Source: a virus (taxonomy: Duplodnaviria; Caudoviricetes). Taken from it: a stretch of DNA of 64,000 bases. The notes under the pieces are model-generated. The model was not told the origin of the DNA, did no database searches, and saw nothing but the letters and a program-made list of their open reading frames with translations. Below, one piece after another: positions 19,189-29,908 of this stretch (its first letter is position 1; the number at the start of each line of letters is the position of its first letter). The stretch is taken from positions 14,634-78,633 of the IMG/VR virus record IMGVR_UViG_3300028591_000171; one strand, given 5' to 3'. A program made the translations under genes and the position numbers.

Positions 19189-22110
19189 ATGTCAAAGTTC
19201 GATACTCACGGCGGTTATTTCGCGCCGAAAGATTACATGAGGATTAACGAGGGCGGCTCCCACGAGGAGAATCCCAACGGCGGCGTCCAGGTAGGGGTCG
19301 ACGAGCAGGGAGTTCCCAACATGCTTGAGGAAGGCGAGCCAGTCTATAAGGATTACGTCTACTCGGATAATATAAAGGCCAGCAAGAGATTTCTTGAGGC
19401 TAATAATATCCCGCCAAAGTATGAGGGTATGCTCTATTCCGAGATTGCCGACTCCATTTTCGAGGAGGCTGAGGAAAGGCCTAATGACCCTATATCAAGG
19501 AATGGTCTTGAGGCCATGCTCGGCAGATTGGCTGACTCGCAGGAGCAGCAGAAGCAGGACAGTGAGAGGCGTAAGCTTGAGCGTGAGTTGTCAAAGCTCT
19601 CGCCTGAGGAGCTTGATGCCCTTCAGCAGGAGTTGGTGGCAGCGGAGGAGCAAGCCCAACCTCAAGAGATGGCTCCTGAACAGCCAGTTGCGCCAGAGGA
19701 ACAGATGCCTATTGCGCAGCCTGTCGAGCAGATTCCGATGGAACAGCAGGCGCCTGTTGAACAACCGATGCCTATTATGGCTAATGGCGGATTGCTCAAG
19801 AAATATGACGATGGAGGTTATTATGGGGGAGGACATTCTGGGCAGAGAATTCAGGTTGGAGAACCAAATTTAATGACACCTGGTTTTATAGAATGGATTG
19901 TACCAGGAGCAAAAGCCGCTAAAGGCTTTAAATCTGCGGCTGAAATAGGGAAGCACCTTATCAGTAAGTATGGCCATGACGCTTCATCTCTCATTGGAAA
20001 GGTAAGAGATTTGGAATCGGCTAAAGCCGCTGCTGAGAAGGTTCTTAAAGAAGTAAGTTCCATGAAACAGCCTTATAAGAGCGTCGGAACCGCTAGACAA
20101 GAGTTGCGCATCATAACCAAAGAGTTGGATAAGTTTAAGAAGGGGGCAAAAGAAGCCGAAGAACTCATAAATTCACTTAACGCTTCTCAAGCCGCGGCTT
20201 CCGCTCCGGAAATAGTTGAGGCTGTTGAACGTGGTAAAAAAGCCGCGGCGGTTACAGACGATGTTAGAAAATCAATGAAGGGCATCGGAACTGTTCTCAA
20301 GACAACAGGGAAGGCTATTGTTGAACCAGGTAGCTTACTCAACACAGTATGGAACCCTAAAGGTGGGCTTGGAAAAATCGCCAAAGGAGCAACGCGTATT
20401 GTCGGTGACGGCGCTTATTATACTTATGGGATACCAAAGCTTGTTGGAGGGATTGGCAATGCTATCGATATAAAAAAGGATGTGCCAGTCACGAGTGATT
20501 TCAGTGATATGGCCAATGTTGATTTGGTTGGGCCAACGCTTAATGTTAATGCGAAAGCTTGTGGTGGTACAATCAATAAGTTTGATGGCAAGACTGGATT
20601 GACTGGCCAAATGTCTCGAGGACGATTCGCTTCCGATGTTGAGGATTTACGAGACGCGATATATGCTCAGCCGACCAATGTGTTATTGCCTTTTAATATT
20701 GGAAGCACATTGTCTGATGCCAGGAACGGATTCTTAAGTGGCATATCAACTGACGGTTCTGTCGGGTCTAATCCTTATGAGACCGGTCCAATTTACTCAG
20801 GGACTGATTTTGACGAATTCCTCAAGTGGCTTTCCGCTTATAATGGAAGTAGAGACCCAGGTAGGGCTGATAATACTTATGCCCCGGATTCAAAATTTAA
20901 TTACGGTACATACGGTAACATTAAGGCCCTTGAGGCCAGTGAACCTTATAGGAATTTCACGGAATCAATAATCGACGCCATAAACGGAGATGACCCGGAC
21001 GCAAGGGAGATGGCCCTTGAATATCTTAGGGCGTATGAGTCTAATATAGCCGGGAAAGCTCAAGGCAAGATATTTAAGAATCGTGATGCCGGTGAGCTTG
21101 CGGATAACTGGGTGGACCAATACAGGAAAGTAAGGACATATCAACCAGGCATAGGTCACTTGTCTGGTAATTTTAACGACCTGTTATTGAACTATAAAGC
21201 TAAGAAAGCAATTGACCGGGATAATGCTAATGTCGAAAATAGAGCCAAAGATACTGCGGCTGTCGATCTTAGCGCGTATAACGTTATGCCGAATCCTGAT
21301 TTGGAGATGGTTGAGGAATCTTTGCCTGATAGCGCTCCTAAACCACCAGTTGTTGGGAGTGGCAATGGCGCTGGTTCTAATACTGATTATGCCGGAGTTG
21401 GTCCTTTCTATCCCACATTCCCGAGGTATGCCGGGGCTATAGGTGCCGGCTTACTTGCCGCTTATGATGCTTTCACTCCGCCAGATAGATATACCGCGAC
21501 GAGAATAAATCCTTATGTCCCAGTCGGCCATATTAACTTACAGAACCAGAGATATATGTCGGTTGACCAGAACATGATTCAGAATCAGATGCTGGCCCAA
21601 GGCAACTCAACCCAGAGGGCTTTGAGGAACTCTGGTCTTGGCCCTTCCGCCGGTGCTGCTATACTCGCTGCCGACAACAACACTACAGGTAATCTCGGTA
21701 CAGGATTCCTGCAGTCTTGGCAGGCGAACAACCAGCAGCGTAACGCTGTGATAGCCGCCAATAATCAGGCTGAGGCCCAGAGGGCTCACTTCGATTACGC
21801 TGTTGATGTGGCGAGGCAAAGGGCTCTCAACGAGGCGCAGATACGCAACGCTCAGAACGACCTTATGCTACAGAGGCTGAACTATGGAGCTGAGGGTGAG
21901 AAATATGCGGCTTTGAGCAACCAGCTTAACGCGGGATTCAATGCGCTTGCCGGAATAGGCAGGGAGAACTTCTTCCGCAATCAGGCTAACTCAAACACGG
22001 CGTTAGAGGGATATAGGACTCTTGCCGGCGGATATGGCAGGTATCTTCCTGATTATGATTTCTGGAATACCGCCGCGTGTGGTGGACATATAAAGAAAAG
22101 TAAGAAATAG
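19189..22110 (+). CDS. Large internal virion cargo protein
   Basis: 973 aa; EGGSHEENPNGGV N-terminal motif, Q/P-rich linker, repeated A[CN]GG motifs, Q/N/A-rich C-terminal domain. Confidence 0.65.
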   Translation: MSKFDTHGGYFAPKDYMRINEGGSHEENPNGGVQVGVDEQGVPNMLEEGEPVYKDYVYSDNIKASKRFLEANNIPPKYEGMLYSEIADSIFEEAEERPNDPISRNGLEAMLGRLADSQEQQKQDSERRKLERELSKLSPEELDALQQELVAAEEQAQPQEMAPEQPVAPEEQMPIAQPVEQIPMEQQAPVEQPMPIMANGGLLKKYDDGGYYGGGHSGQRIQVGEPNLMTPGFIEWIVPGAKAAKGFKSAAEIGKHLISKYGHDASSLIGKVRDLESAKAAAEKVLKEVSSMKQPYKSVGTARQELRIITKELDKFKKGAKEAEELINSLNASQAAASAPEIVEAVERGKKAAAVTDDVRKSMKGIGTVLKTTGKAIVEPGSLLNTVWNPKGGLGKIAKGATRIVGDGAYYTYGIPKLVGGIGNAIDIKKDVPVTSDFSDMANVDLVGPTLNVNAKACGGTINKFDGKTGLTGQMSRGRFASDVEDLRDAIYAQPTNVLLPFNIGSTLSDARNGFLSGISTDGSVGSNPYETGPIYSGTDFDEFLKWLSAYNGSRDPGRADNTYAPDSKFNYGTYGNIKALEASEPYRNFTESIIDAINGDDPDAREMALEYLRAYESNIAGKAQGKIFKNRDAGELADNWVDQYRKVRTYQPGIGHLSGNFNDLLLNYKAKKAIDRDNANVENRAKDTAAVDLSAYNVMPNPDLEMVEESLPDSAPKPPVVGSGNGAGSNTDYAGVGPFYPTFPRYAGAIGAGLLAAYDAFTPPDRYTATRINPYVPVGHINLQNQRYMSVDQNMIQNQMLAQGNSTQRALRNSGLGPSAGAAILAADNNTTGNLGTGFLQSWQANNQQRNAVIAANNQAEAQRAHFDYAVDVARQRALNEAQIRNAQNDLMLQRLNYGAEGEKYAALSNQLNAGFNALAGIGRENFFRNQANSNTALEGYRTLAGGYGRYLPDYDFWNTAACGGHIKKSKK

Positions 22111-22112
22111 TC

Positions 22113-24236
22113 ATGCCTAAATTCTTGGTAACAAACGGCTCAAATTTTCAGCCGTTCACTTATGAGGAGATAACAAGGCCTCTCTATGAGATGGCGGAAG
22201 CGCATCGCGCGTCTCAGGACCAATATGACGCGATTAGCACACAGACTGAGGCGTTGAGGAATTATATAACGGATAATCCCGGGGATAAGCAGGCGAAACA
22301 GATGTATGACAATTATGTCAACAAGCTTAAGACTTTGCAGGATAATCTCTGGTCCACTGGATATAACGCCTCAACGAGAAGGGATTTGCAGTCAGCCAGG
22401 GCTGGATTCGCGAGTGACATCAACAGGATAGGCAAGGCTATCGAGAACAGGCAGGCCAGAAGTGCTGAGTACAATAAATTCAAACACGAGCATCCTGATA
22501 TGGTGATGGGTGAAGACCCTGGTCTAAGCGGTCTTGACGCTTATCTTGGTAATGATCTATACGGCACAAACTGGTATCAGTATAGCGGTAATCAATTCAC
22601 AAAGGAAGTGGCCCAAGACGCCGGTAATAGGGTTAAGGAGATGTTTAATGATCCGGAGATGAGTAGGACTATCCCTGGGTACATAACTATAAAGAAGCAG
22701 CAAGGCGTGACCAGCGAGGATGTGGCTAAGGCGAATGAGGCTGTGTCTGATTATCTTTCTGGCAGAGCTGATGGATTAAACGGGCTTGATCCTGTGCAGT
22801 CTATATTGGCGAAAGTGTTGCTTGAGCATCTTGATTCTACTGGAGCCGCGAATAAAGTTACTCCAGAGGAATTCGCCAGACTTGTTGATTATGGCAAATC
22901 CGGGTTGTCGGCGGCTATAGGCACTTCTGAGTATCAAAATTTAAAAGACCTTGTATTCGAGGCTAATCTCGAGTTTAATAACTGGAAGAGAAAAAAGAAT
23001 TATGAACTGAATAATGGCGGGAGCGGAAGCGGTTCTTCTCAGGCTGGATTAGGAGCCTTCGATTATCATACGAGGAAGTACACTGGCGAGAATCAGGAGA
23101 AGGCGAATAAGCAAACTCAAGCTTATGATATGAGTAGCGGTAGTTATAAGGTTACTCGCAACGGTCAGGTGATGAATGACGCTATGGCTTCAGAGCTTGT
23201 GTATAGCGGCAATCTGAGGCGAGAAGCTTACAATGTCCTTGGATTTGATATTGGTAGGAGTGAGGACGCCAATGGATTGGCTCCCGATTTTATAGGTAAC
23301 AGTATGTTGCAGGGGCATATTGAGCATAATGGCGTTGAATATGATGTAAGGTATAACCGCAAGAAATCTTATAATGGAGAGCAGGGCGTTATTCAGACAC
23401 GGAAAGCCGGTGAGGGTTGGAAGATATCTCCACAGCTAACGGATTATTACAAGGCCAAGAGATCAGAATACGAAGAAACACTGAATGATTATAAGAATAA
23501 TCATAAAGATGTTTATGATTTGGCTACCATAAATCCAGATAAGCAGTACCGCGATTATAGGAAGCAGGATGAGCCGTTCCAGACCCCGTTAACAGAATTT
23601 AGAAGTGATGTGATGAACAGGCCAGAGAACATGTCAGGTGAGATACGTGAGCCTTATATCGCCAGAAGGGGTACGGATTCTGATTATATAGACAGGTTCT
23701 CATCTTTCATATCTTCATCTTTTAATTTAAGTGCTGACAGCAAAGGAAAGGTTACAGCCGCTAATGACAAATCATTAGACAAATATGACGGTACGTCGTC
23801 TGGTATACATCTTATAAAGAGTAATGGTGATCTGGATGATAAGACCATAACTGACCCTAGTGATGTTTTCACTTTTGATAATAAGGATTATAAGGTGACA
23901 AACATTCGTGAGTTGAGGTTATCTCCGCAGTCAATTATGGATATTGATTTGTCGGGATACTCTCCTGCTGGAGGATATATAATAGCTGAGCTTACTGACG
24001 GGAGGGAGGTTTCGTTAGGCCTGAATATGTTTGACAGCATGGCTTTATATTCCACACTCGCCAAGTCCAGGAGTAATATGGATAGGATTATTAATGATCC
24101 GGTTTTGAGTGATCGGGACAAGGCGATTGAAATGGTGATTGAAGCGAACAACGCCTCTAGGATGTTAAGGTCAGCTATAGGATATTATTTACAGCTTGGT
24201 TCGCCTTCAGGTACAAGCGCTAAAGATAATAATTGA
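22113..24236 (+). CDS. Virion cargo protein
   Basis: 707 aa beginning with SNFQPFTYEE, a start recalled from crAss-like cargo genes; lies between cargo and giant genes. Confidence 0.6.
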   Translation: MPKFLVTNGSNFQPFTYEEITRPLYEMAEAHRASQDQYDAISTQTEALRNYITDNPGDKQAKQMYDNYVNKLKTLQDNLWSTGYNASTRRDLQSARAGFASDINRIGKAIENRQARSAEYNKFKHEHPDMVMGEDPGLSGLDAYLGNDLYGTNWYQYSGNQFTKEVAQDAGNRVKEMFNDPEMSRTIPGYITIKKQQGVTSEDVAKANEAVSDYLSGRADGLNGLDPVQSILAKVLLEHLDSTGAANKVTPEEFARLVDYGKSGLSAAIGTSEYQNLKDLVFEANLEFNNWKRKKNYELNNGGSGSGSSQAGLGAFDYHTRKYTGENQEKANKQTQAYDMSSGSYKVTRNGQVMNDAMASELVYSGNLRREAYNVLGFDIGRSEDANGLAPDFIGNSMLQGHIEHNGVEYDVRYNRKKSYNGEQGVIQTRKAGEGWKISPQLTDYYKAKRSEYEETLNDYKNNHKDVYDLATINPDKQYRDYRKQDEPFQTPLTEFRSDVMNRPENMSGEIREPYIARRGTDSDYIDRFSSFISSSFNLSADSKGKVTAANDKSLDKYDGTSSGIHLIKSNGDLDDKTITDPSDVFTFDNKDYKVTNIRELRLSPQSIMDIDLSGYSPAGGYIIAELTDGREVSLGLNMFDSMALYSTLAKSRSNMDRIINDPVLSDRDKAIEMVIEANNASRMLRSAIGYYLQLGSPSGTSAKDNN

Positions 24237-24237
24237 T

Positions 24238-27200
24238 ATGCCAGAAATGAATTGGAGGGAGCTACAAGCTCTTAATAATAGCAGGGTAGAGAACGGTAGT
24301 GATAGCCAATATGCGGAAATGCCCGATTGGCTGAATGGTTGGGACAGCTCAGCACCAGACGCATACGAGCAATATAGGGAAAGGTTTAGAAATAATCTTT
24401 CAGGGTATATTGACTCGGCTGCTGGTAGACGCAATCAAATATCCGAGCTTGTTAATGAGAGCCTTTATGAGAGACAACCTACTCCAGATGAGATGTTGGA
24501 GGCTGGCTATGGTCAATCTAAACATGATTATGAGGTCCCGTTCAATGAGTGGGTAAAAAACCCTACAGATTATAGGGCTAACTCGCAATCAGGTTTGGCT
24601 AAAATCATGAACGGTTTCGCCAAGATGGGAGTATATACTGGTACTACTTTTTTAGACAATACTGTTGGTCTTGTAGCCGGATTAGCTGGAATAGTAGATG
24701 ACGCGACAAATGGTGATAATAGCTTTACTCCGTTAACATCGTTTGTCAGTAACGAGGGGTTCGCCGAGAAGATGCAGAGTGTAAGGGACTGGTCCGAGGA
24801 GGTGTTCCCTAATTACAGGACTCAAAAGGAGCTTGACGAACAAGACCAATGGTGGAAACATCTTAACGCGAACTTCTGGGGAGACACATTTATCAAGAAT
24901 TTCGGATTCACAATTGGCGCCGGATTGTCAGGATTCGGGTTCGCGAAAGGATTCCGCGCGTTGCAGGGAAAGACGGTAAATAAAGCGTATAAAGCGGCTA
25001 TGGCTGCTGCGGCTGGAGATGGTGAGGCAAACGAGGTTTTCCGTAGGGTTCTTCAAGGAGAAGCGATGTCTAATCCGGCTGGAATTTACAAGGCGTTTGA
25101 CAAAGCTAACAGATCCTTCCATAGATTACAGTGGGAGAGCCAGCTTATCGGTGGTATCGGTGGCGCGTTAGGCGAGTCCAGGACAGAGGCTATTAACGCG
25201 GCGAGGGAATTCCGGGAGGATGCCATCTCCAGGGAGACTCAAAGATACGAGAAAGCCAAAGATGATCTGGCTGCAAGTATCGCGAATGATGAGCGTTATT
25301 CCTATTACGTCAATAATGAGCCGTTTCTTAATGGCGATGGTATCGACCTGTATAATAGAGAGTTGCAGAGACTAACAGATGAGTATCAGCAATCTCTTGG
25401 GAAAATTGACACCGAGGCGACAAAACTTGCCAATAGGACATTCGCGCTTAATATGCCATTACTGACCGCTTCGAATATAATAATGTTCGGGCGCATGATG
25501 TCAGGAGGCTTCAAGACACAGGCGAGGGCTAAGGTTAAGATGAATAACTCTGGCGAGCTTTATAGTGCTGTAGGCGGTAAGCTTGGTGGCGCGGGGAAGG
25601 GTTTGATAAACGCCACGTCAGAAGGTTTGGAGGAGGTGTCACAGAAAATATTCTCTGAAGGTACTAAGCATGTCGCATCTGATAATATGGCGGCGTTCCA
25701 TAATAGGCAATATGATAAGGATGCTATTAAGGAGTCGTCCGAATGGTTGCTTGATGTCCTTGAGAATGCCGGTAGCGTAGTGAATGACCCTAAGACATGG
25801 GAGGAATTCACAGTCGGTTTTCTTACGGGAGCAATAGGAATGCCTGCTAGAGGAGGATGGGCTGGAGGTCTCTATGGCGGCTATAAGGAGGTTATGGATC
25901 AACATGACGCCGGAGTGGAAGCCGCGAGAAAACTTAATGAGAAGGTGTCTAATCCTGAGTTCATCTCGCGTTGGAAGGATGTTGTCAGGCATAAGAGCCT
26001 TGAGAATGCCAAGAACGCGGCATTGGAAAATAACGACCAGTTCACTTGGAGGACGGTTCAAGATGAGCAGCTCTTGGGCGATGTCCTTGCGTTCGCGAAG
26101 GCTGGCAGGCTTAATGACCTTGAGGCATTTGTTGATTCACTTGGTAATGTGACTGTTGACGATATAGCCTTGAATAGGTCAGCGTATGTTGATGACACTA
26201 ATCCTGACTTTAACAGAATGAGCAATGAGGAGGTTCATGGCTGGTTGAAGGATAGGGTTAAGGACGTCAAGAAAACCATAAATCAATACCGTAAATTCCA
26301 CGACGCTATTGATTTCATGTCTTTCGGTACGTCTGATGAGGAGGCTATTAACGAGCTTATATACAATGAGACCCAACTGCAAAATTTCGAGGACAGGTAC
26401 AATCAGATTGTAAATGAGGTCATATCTGATATAAGGCCTAGACTTGAGGATGTGTCAAGGAGATATAATAGGGATGGTAGCCCTACGAAAGAGGCGTCTC
26501 AAGCCAAACGTCTCCTTGAGTCTGAGTCTGATTTAAGGAGACTATTTGGAGGTGTCGTGTCTGATACCAGAGGTGATAATGTGACTGAAAATGGGGAGGA
26601 AAGAACTCCGTCGATGATAGACAAGGCCCGTCAAGAGATGGTGCTTAATACCCTTGATGAGTGGGGTGTGTTTGCCGACAAGCCCGAGACAAAACAGAAA
26701 GTGTCTGACCTTCAGAAACTTGTCAGAGGTAGGCAGGAATTCTATTCAAGGCTTTTTGACCCCAGTAGGAGAAAATTATTCGCGCAGAAATTCGACGAAC
26801 AAGCCAGAACAGACGACGACGTTGTTACTGAAGTCACAGAGGAATCTCGTCAAAATAATGTTGATAACATCTTGTCTAGTCTCCGTAAAGCGAGGAATAT
26901 AAGGGAATATGTAAGATCATTATCTTCAATTGCTCCAAATGATGAGCAAGAGGCTGAGATGATTGATAATGCGATTGGAAACGACGCTGAGCTTGAGAAA
27001 TTTAACACTGTAATAAACGACGCATCTGAATTTGTCAAGGCGCTTAGTGATGAAATCGTAGAGAAGATAAAGAACAATACTGACGTCACGATGTCTCCAG
27101 AGCTTGATGCTCTTCAAGATATTATTGACGACACTCCGATAAACGACATGCTGGCTGATATGCAGGATGACGAGGAAGCTCCTGTACATATAGCCAGAAA

Positions 27201-29853
27201 GTTGCTTGATAAAACCGAGGGTCTTACAAGGGCTCAGAATATTTTGAGGAGCATGTTTGATGAGGCATTCGGTGATTTGGCTAAATCAGAGGGACTTGGC
27301 GTTATAAATCCCGGTTCTGGACCTGGAACTGGCGAAGGCGCCGGTACTGGCGCGGGAGGAACTGGTGGTGGAGGAGCTGTCAGCGCGTTTGATCACATAA
27401 GTGAGCTTATTGATAATATCAGGGATAAGGATAATGATAACCTTATAAAGTATTCAAACGGAGATTTCGGTGAGCTCGGTGAGCAATTGTCTGATAACCA
27501 GAAAGCCTCTTTGGCGTCTATGGCTATCGCGAAGTTAGCCGCGCTCAAGAAAGCTGATGGTGACATTAATGACCCGGATGTCGTTGACGACGGCAGGAAT
27601 GATGATCCTTCGAAGGAGAGCGATTCCAGGAAGATGGCAAGGCGTGAGCGTATAGCTAAGGAGCAGGCCTCGCTTAATGGCTCGAAGATTCAGGTTTTCG
27701 CCCCAGGAACGTCAGACGAGTCTAAGTACGATGTCAAATATGCCGACGAATGGGGATTGAGGCAGGGGTTGCGGAAGAAATTCCGCGGCAAGACCGAGGG
27801 GATGAGCGCCACATTGGCGTGGTATGACAGCCATAAGGTGCAGGATTTCGTGGATTCTGGAGCGTTGATGGCTCTTGAGCGTTATCACATGGCTAAAAAT
27901 AAGTCGCATTTGCCGATATATTTTGTCGCGAACCCTCATTATCTTGCCAATAATCAGGCGAATAACCCTTTCGTTAGCGAGAATAAAAACCCTGACTCCA
28001 AATATGTGAAATATGGGAAAATATCTCCTGAGACTCTCATGGCTGTCGAGATGGATGACGAGAATATTGAGGCCATTAAGAGGTATAAGGGTATCGCCTT
28101 TGATGATGACTCGCTTATAACGATTGACGGCAAGCGGTATCAGGTTATAGGGGAGGTCTGGAATCCGACAAAGGATTATATATCAGGTATTGAGAATGAG
28201 AAAGACCGTGACGGATACCAGAGGATGAAAGATTATGTCGGCAAGCTTTGGGAGAACGCTATTTATAATAGTGTTTTACCTCAGTATGTGAACGACAAGA
28301 ATGCTATGGATGAGCGCGGTAGATGGTATGTCGCCAAAGTCCATCCGCAGAAAGGTGACAATAAGGAGGATTTGGATTATTCTTCAGGCGAGAGGCTTAG
28401 CACGACTCTAAGTTATGTCATGTCTGGGAGAAATGAGACCAGGTCAGCCGCGCATCCTGAGTATCAGAAAGTCGAGTTGAGGAACTCAATGAAAACATAT
28501 ACGGATGTCGGTGGTGAGTATTATTTCTGTATGCCGGTTAAAGGCGCTGAGGGGTTCGTGATTTCTCCAGGTGCGGAAAGGGACGGGGCGTCTTGGACGT
28601 CGGCTATTAACGCTCCTGTCGGCTCATTATGGATGGCTACTCGAACCGCTAATGGGAATTTCTCATGGACATATATCACAATAGCCAGAACTGGAGAGTA
28701 TGATTTCGAGGCTAACCGGGATAATTCTTTAATATCTAGGCTTAATGATGATTTAGATAACCTATTCAGGGAGCGTGTCTACGGAAACGAGACAGAACAA
28801 GCAAATGATTTCCAGATCAGATTGCAGGCTTGTCGTGACATCTCTGATATGTTTTATCTCGGGATAGGAAACAATATCTTGTTCTCATATACAGATACAG
28901 GAATAGAGGTGTCTATCGGTGGTAATATATGCGAGAATAAGGAAGAGGCTCTTCAGGCTCTGAAGGATGGTAATTTCAGATTCCAGGTATCCAAGGAAGC
29001 CGTTGAGACAAGGAATGGCCTTGATGAGTTAATTGGCGCGGGCGTACTAAAATCAGAGATGCGCTCATTTATGAGATTCGGCTCCACATTCGGTGTTAAT
29101 TTCATAGAGGACCAGGATGAGAATGGGAATAAGGTCGCGCCATACGCGAAGACGGGCGATGATTCCATTACGTTTACAGCTGGCGCGGATATCGCATCTG
29201 GTTATGTGACATCTTCCGGTATAAGCAATGTCCGTATTGGGGAGGCTGGTTATATGCTTGAGAATGGGAAAGTGTATAGGATGTCCGCAGGAAACAGACG
29301 TGGACAGGAAGTCCTAAATAAGATAACAATAGCCGAGGTTAAGGCTTTGGCTGAGGTTATGAGTCCTGACTTCAAGCGTAGCTCATATAGCGGCAGGACA
29401 TGGACAATAGACAGGAAGATATCTCATGGCAAGAAAGATATAGAGTATCAGTATACAGAGCTTTACGAGAATGAGATAGATGGAGAAAGGGTCCATCTTG
29501 TCCGAAACGGAAAGAATGGCGCCTTTTTGGTATGTTGGGACGATTCGATGTGGGACTCTCTCGTACAGTACGCCAAGGAGGTCAGTATAGAGATGGATAA
29601 GTTCAGGGAGAACGGTTCCCCGGAAGCCGATGACGTGGATTTGTTGAAGATGTTTGACGAGGACAGGTCTAACGAAGGTGGGCAGATAGAGAACCCTGAT
29701 AACACCGGAGGTGAGCAATTGGACGAGAGGGCTAAAAGGTCTAGAGGCAAGAAAGGGCGTGGCTCAAGATTGTCTGACCCGACTTCAGACACAAGTCAAG
29801 AAACGAGCAAGAGTGATCAAGAGGCTTTGGATGAGTTTGACTGCGGATTCTAA
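24238..29853 (+). CDS. Giant virion (ejected) protein
   Basis: ~1871 aa from ATG 24238; Gly-rich hydrophobic segments (NTVGLVAGLAGIV, FGFTIGAGLSGFGF) and long coiled coils; one of the three giant crAss-like genes. Confidence 0.8.
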   Translation: MPEMNWRELQALNNSRVENGSDSQYAEMPDWLNGWDSSAPDAYEQYRERFRNNLSGYIDSAAGRRNQISELVNESLYERQPTPDEMLEAGYGQSKHDYEVPFNEWVKNPTDYRANSQSGLAKIMNGFAKMGVYTGTTFLDNTVGLVAGLAGIVDDATNGDNSFTPLTSFVSNEGFAEKMQSVRDWSEEVFPNYRTQKELDEQDQWWKHLNANFWGDTFIKNFGFTIGAGLSGFGFAKGFRALQGKTVNKAYKAAMAAAAGDGEANEVFRRVLQGEAMSNPAGIYKAFDKANRSFHRLQWESQLIGGIGGALGESRTEAINAAREFREDAISRETQRYEKAKDDLAASIANDERYSYYVNNEPFLNGDGIDLYNRELQRLTDEYQQSLGKIDTEATKLANRTFALNMPLLTASNIIMFGRMMSGGFKTQARAKVKMNNSGELYSAVGGKLGGAGKGLINATSEGLEEVSQKIFSEGTKHVASDNMAAFHNRQYDKDAIKESSEWLLDVLENAGSVVNDPKTWEEFTVGFLTGAIGMPARGGWAGGLYGGYKEVMDQHDAGVEAARKLNEKVSNPEFISRWKDVVRHKSLENAKNAALENNDQFTWRTVQDEQLLGDVLAFAKAGRLNDLEAFVDSLGNVTVDDIALNRSAYVDDTNPDFNRMSNEEVHGWLKDRVKDVKKTINQYRKFHDAIDFMSFGTSDEEAINELIYNETQLQNFEDRYNQIVNEVISDIRPRLEDVSRRYNRDGSPTKEASQAKRLLESESDLRRLFGGVVSDTRGDNVTENGEERTPSMIDKARQEMVLNTLDEWGVFADKPETKQKVSDLQKLVRGRQEFYSRLFDPSRRKLFAQKFDEQARTDDDVVTEVTEESRQNNVDNILSSLRKARNIREYVRSLSSIAPNDEQEAEMIDNAIGNDAELEKFNTVINDASEFVKALSDEIVEKIKNNTDVTMSPELDALQDIIDDTPINDMLADMQDDEEAPVHIARKLLDKTEGLTRAQNILRSMFDEAFGDLAKSEGLGVINPGSGPGTGEGAGTGAGGTGGGGAVSAFDHISELIDNIRDKDNDNLIKYSNGDFGELGEQLSDNQKASLASMAIAKLAALKKADGDINDPDVVDDGRNDDPSKESDSRKMARRERIAKEQASLNGSKIQVFAPGTSDESKYDVKYADEWGLRQGLRKKFRGKTEGMSATLAWYDSHKVQDFVDSGALMALERYHMAKNKSHLPIYFVANPHYLANNQANNPFVSENKNPDSKYVKYGKISPETLMAVEMDDENIEAIKRYKGIAFDDDSLITIDGKRYQVIGEVWNPTKDYISGIENEKDRDGYQRMKDYVGKLWENAIYNSVLPQYVNDKNAMDERGRWYVAKVHPQKGDNKEDLDYSSGERLSTTLSYVMSGRNETRSAAHPEYQKVELRNSMKTYTDVGGEYYFCMPVKGAEGFVISPGAERDGASWTSAINAPVGSLWMATRTANGNFSWTYITIARTGEYDFEANRDNSLISRLNDDLDNLFRERVYGNETEQANDFQIRLQACRDISDMFYLGIGNNILFSYTDTGIEVSIGGNICENKEEALQALKDGNFRFQVSKEAVETRNGLDELIGAGVLKSEMRSFMRFGSTFGVNFIEDQDENGNKVAPYAKTGDDSITFTAGADIASGYVTSSGISNVRIGEAGYMLENGKVYRMSAGNRRGQEVLNKITIAEVKALAEVMSPDFKRSSYSGRTWTIDRKISHGKKDIEYQYTELYENEIDGERVHLVRNGKNGAFLVCWDDSMWDSLVQYAKEVSIEMDKFRENGSPEADDVDLLKMFDEDRSNEGGQIENPDNTGGEQLDERAKRSRGKKGRGSRLSDPTSDTSQETSKSDQEALDEFDCGF

Positions 29854-29858
29854 TAACG

Positions 29859-29896
29859 AAGAAACACACCCGTGAAAAGGTGTGTTTCTTTTTTTT
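29859..29896. terminator. Bidirectional terminator between convergent giant genes
   Basis: aagaaacacacc-cgtgaaaa-ggtgtgtttctt perfect 12-bp stem with a T tract. Confidence 0.85.
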
Positions 29897-29908
29897 ATTG
29901 TTTTTATT

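Noticed and set aside
27300-27380. Gly/Thr-rich low-complexity stretch (GSGPGTGEGAGTGAGGTGGGG)
   Set aside because: Ordinary flexible linker; no nucleotide-level repeat unit.
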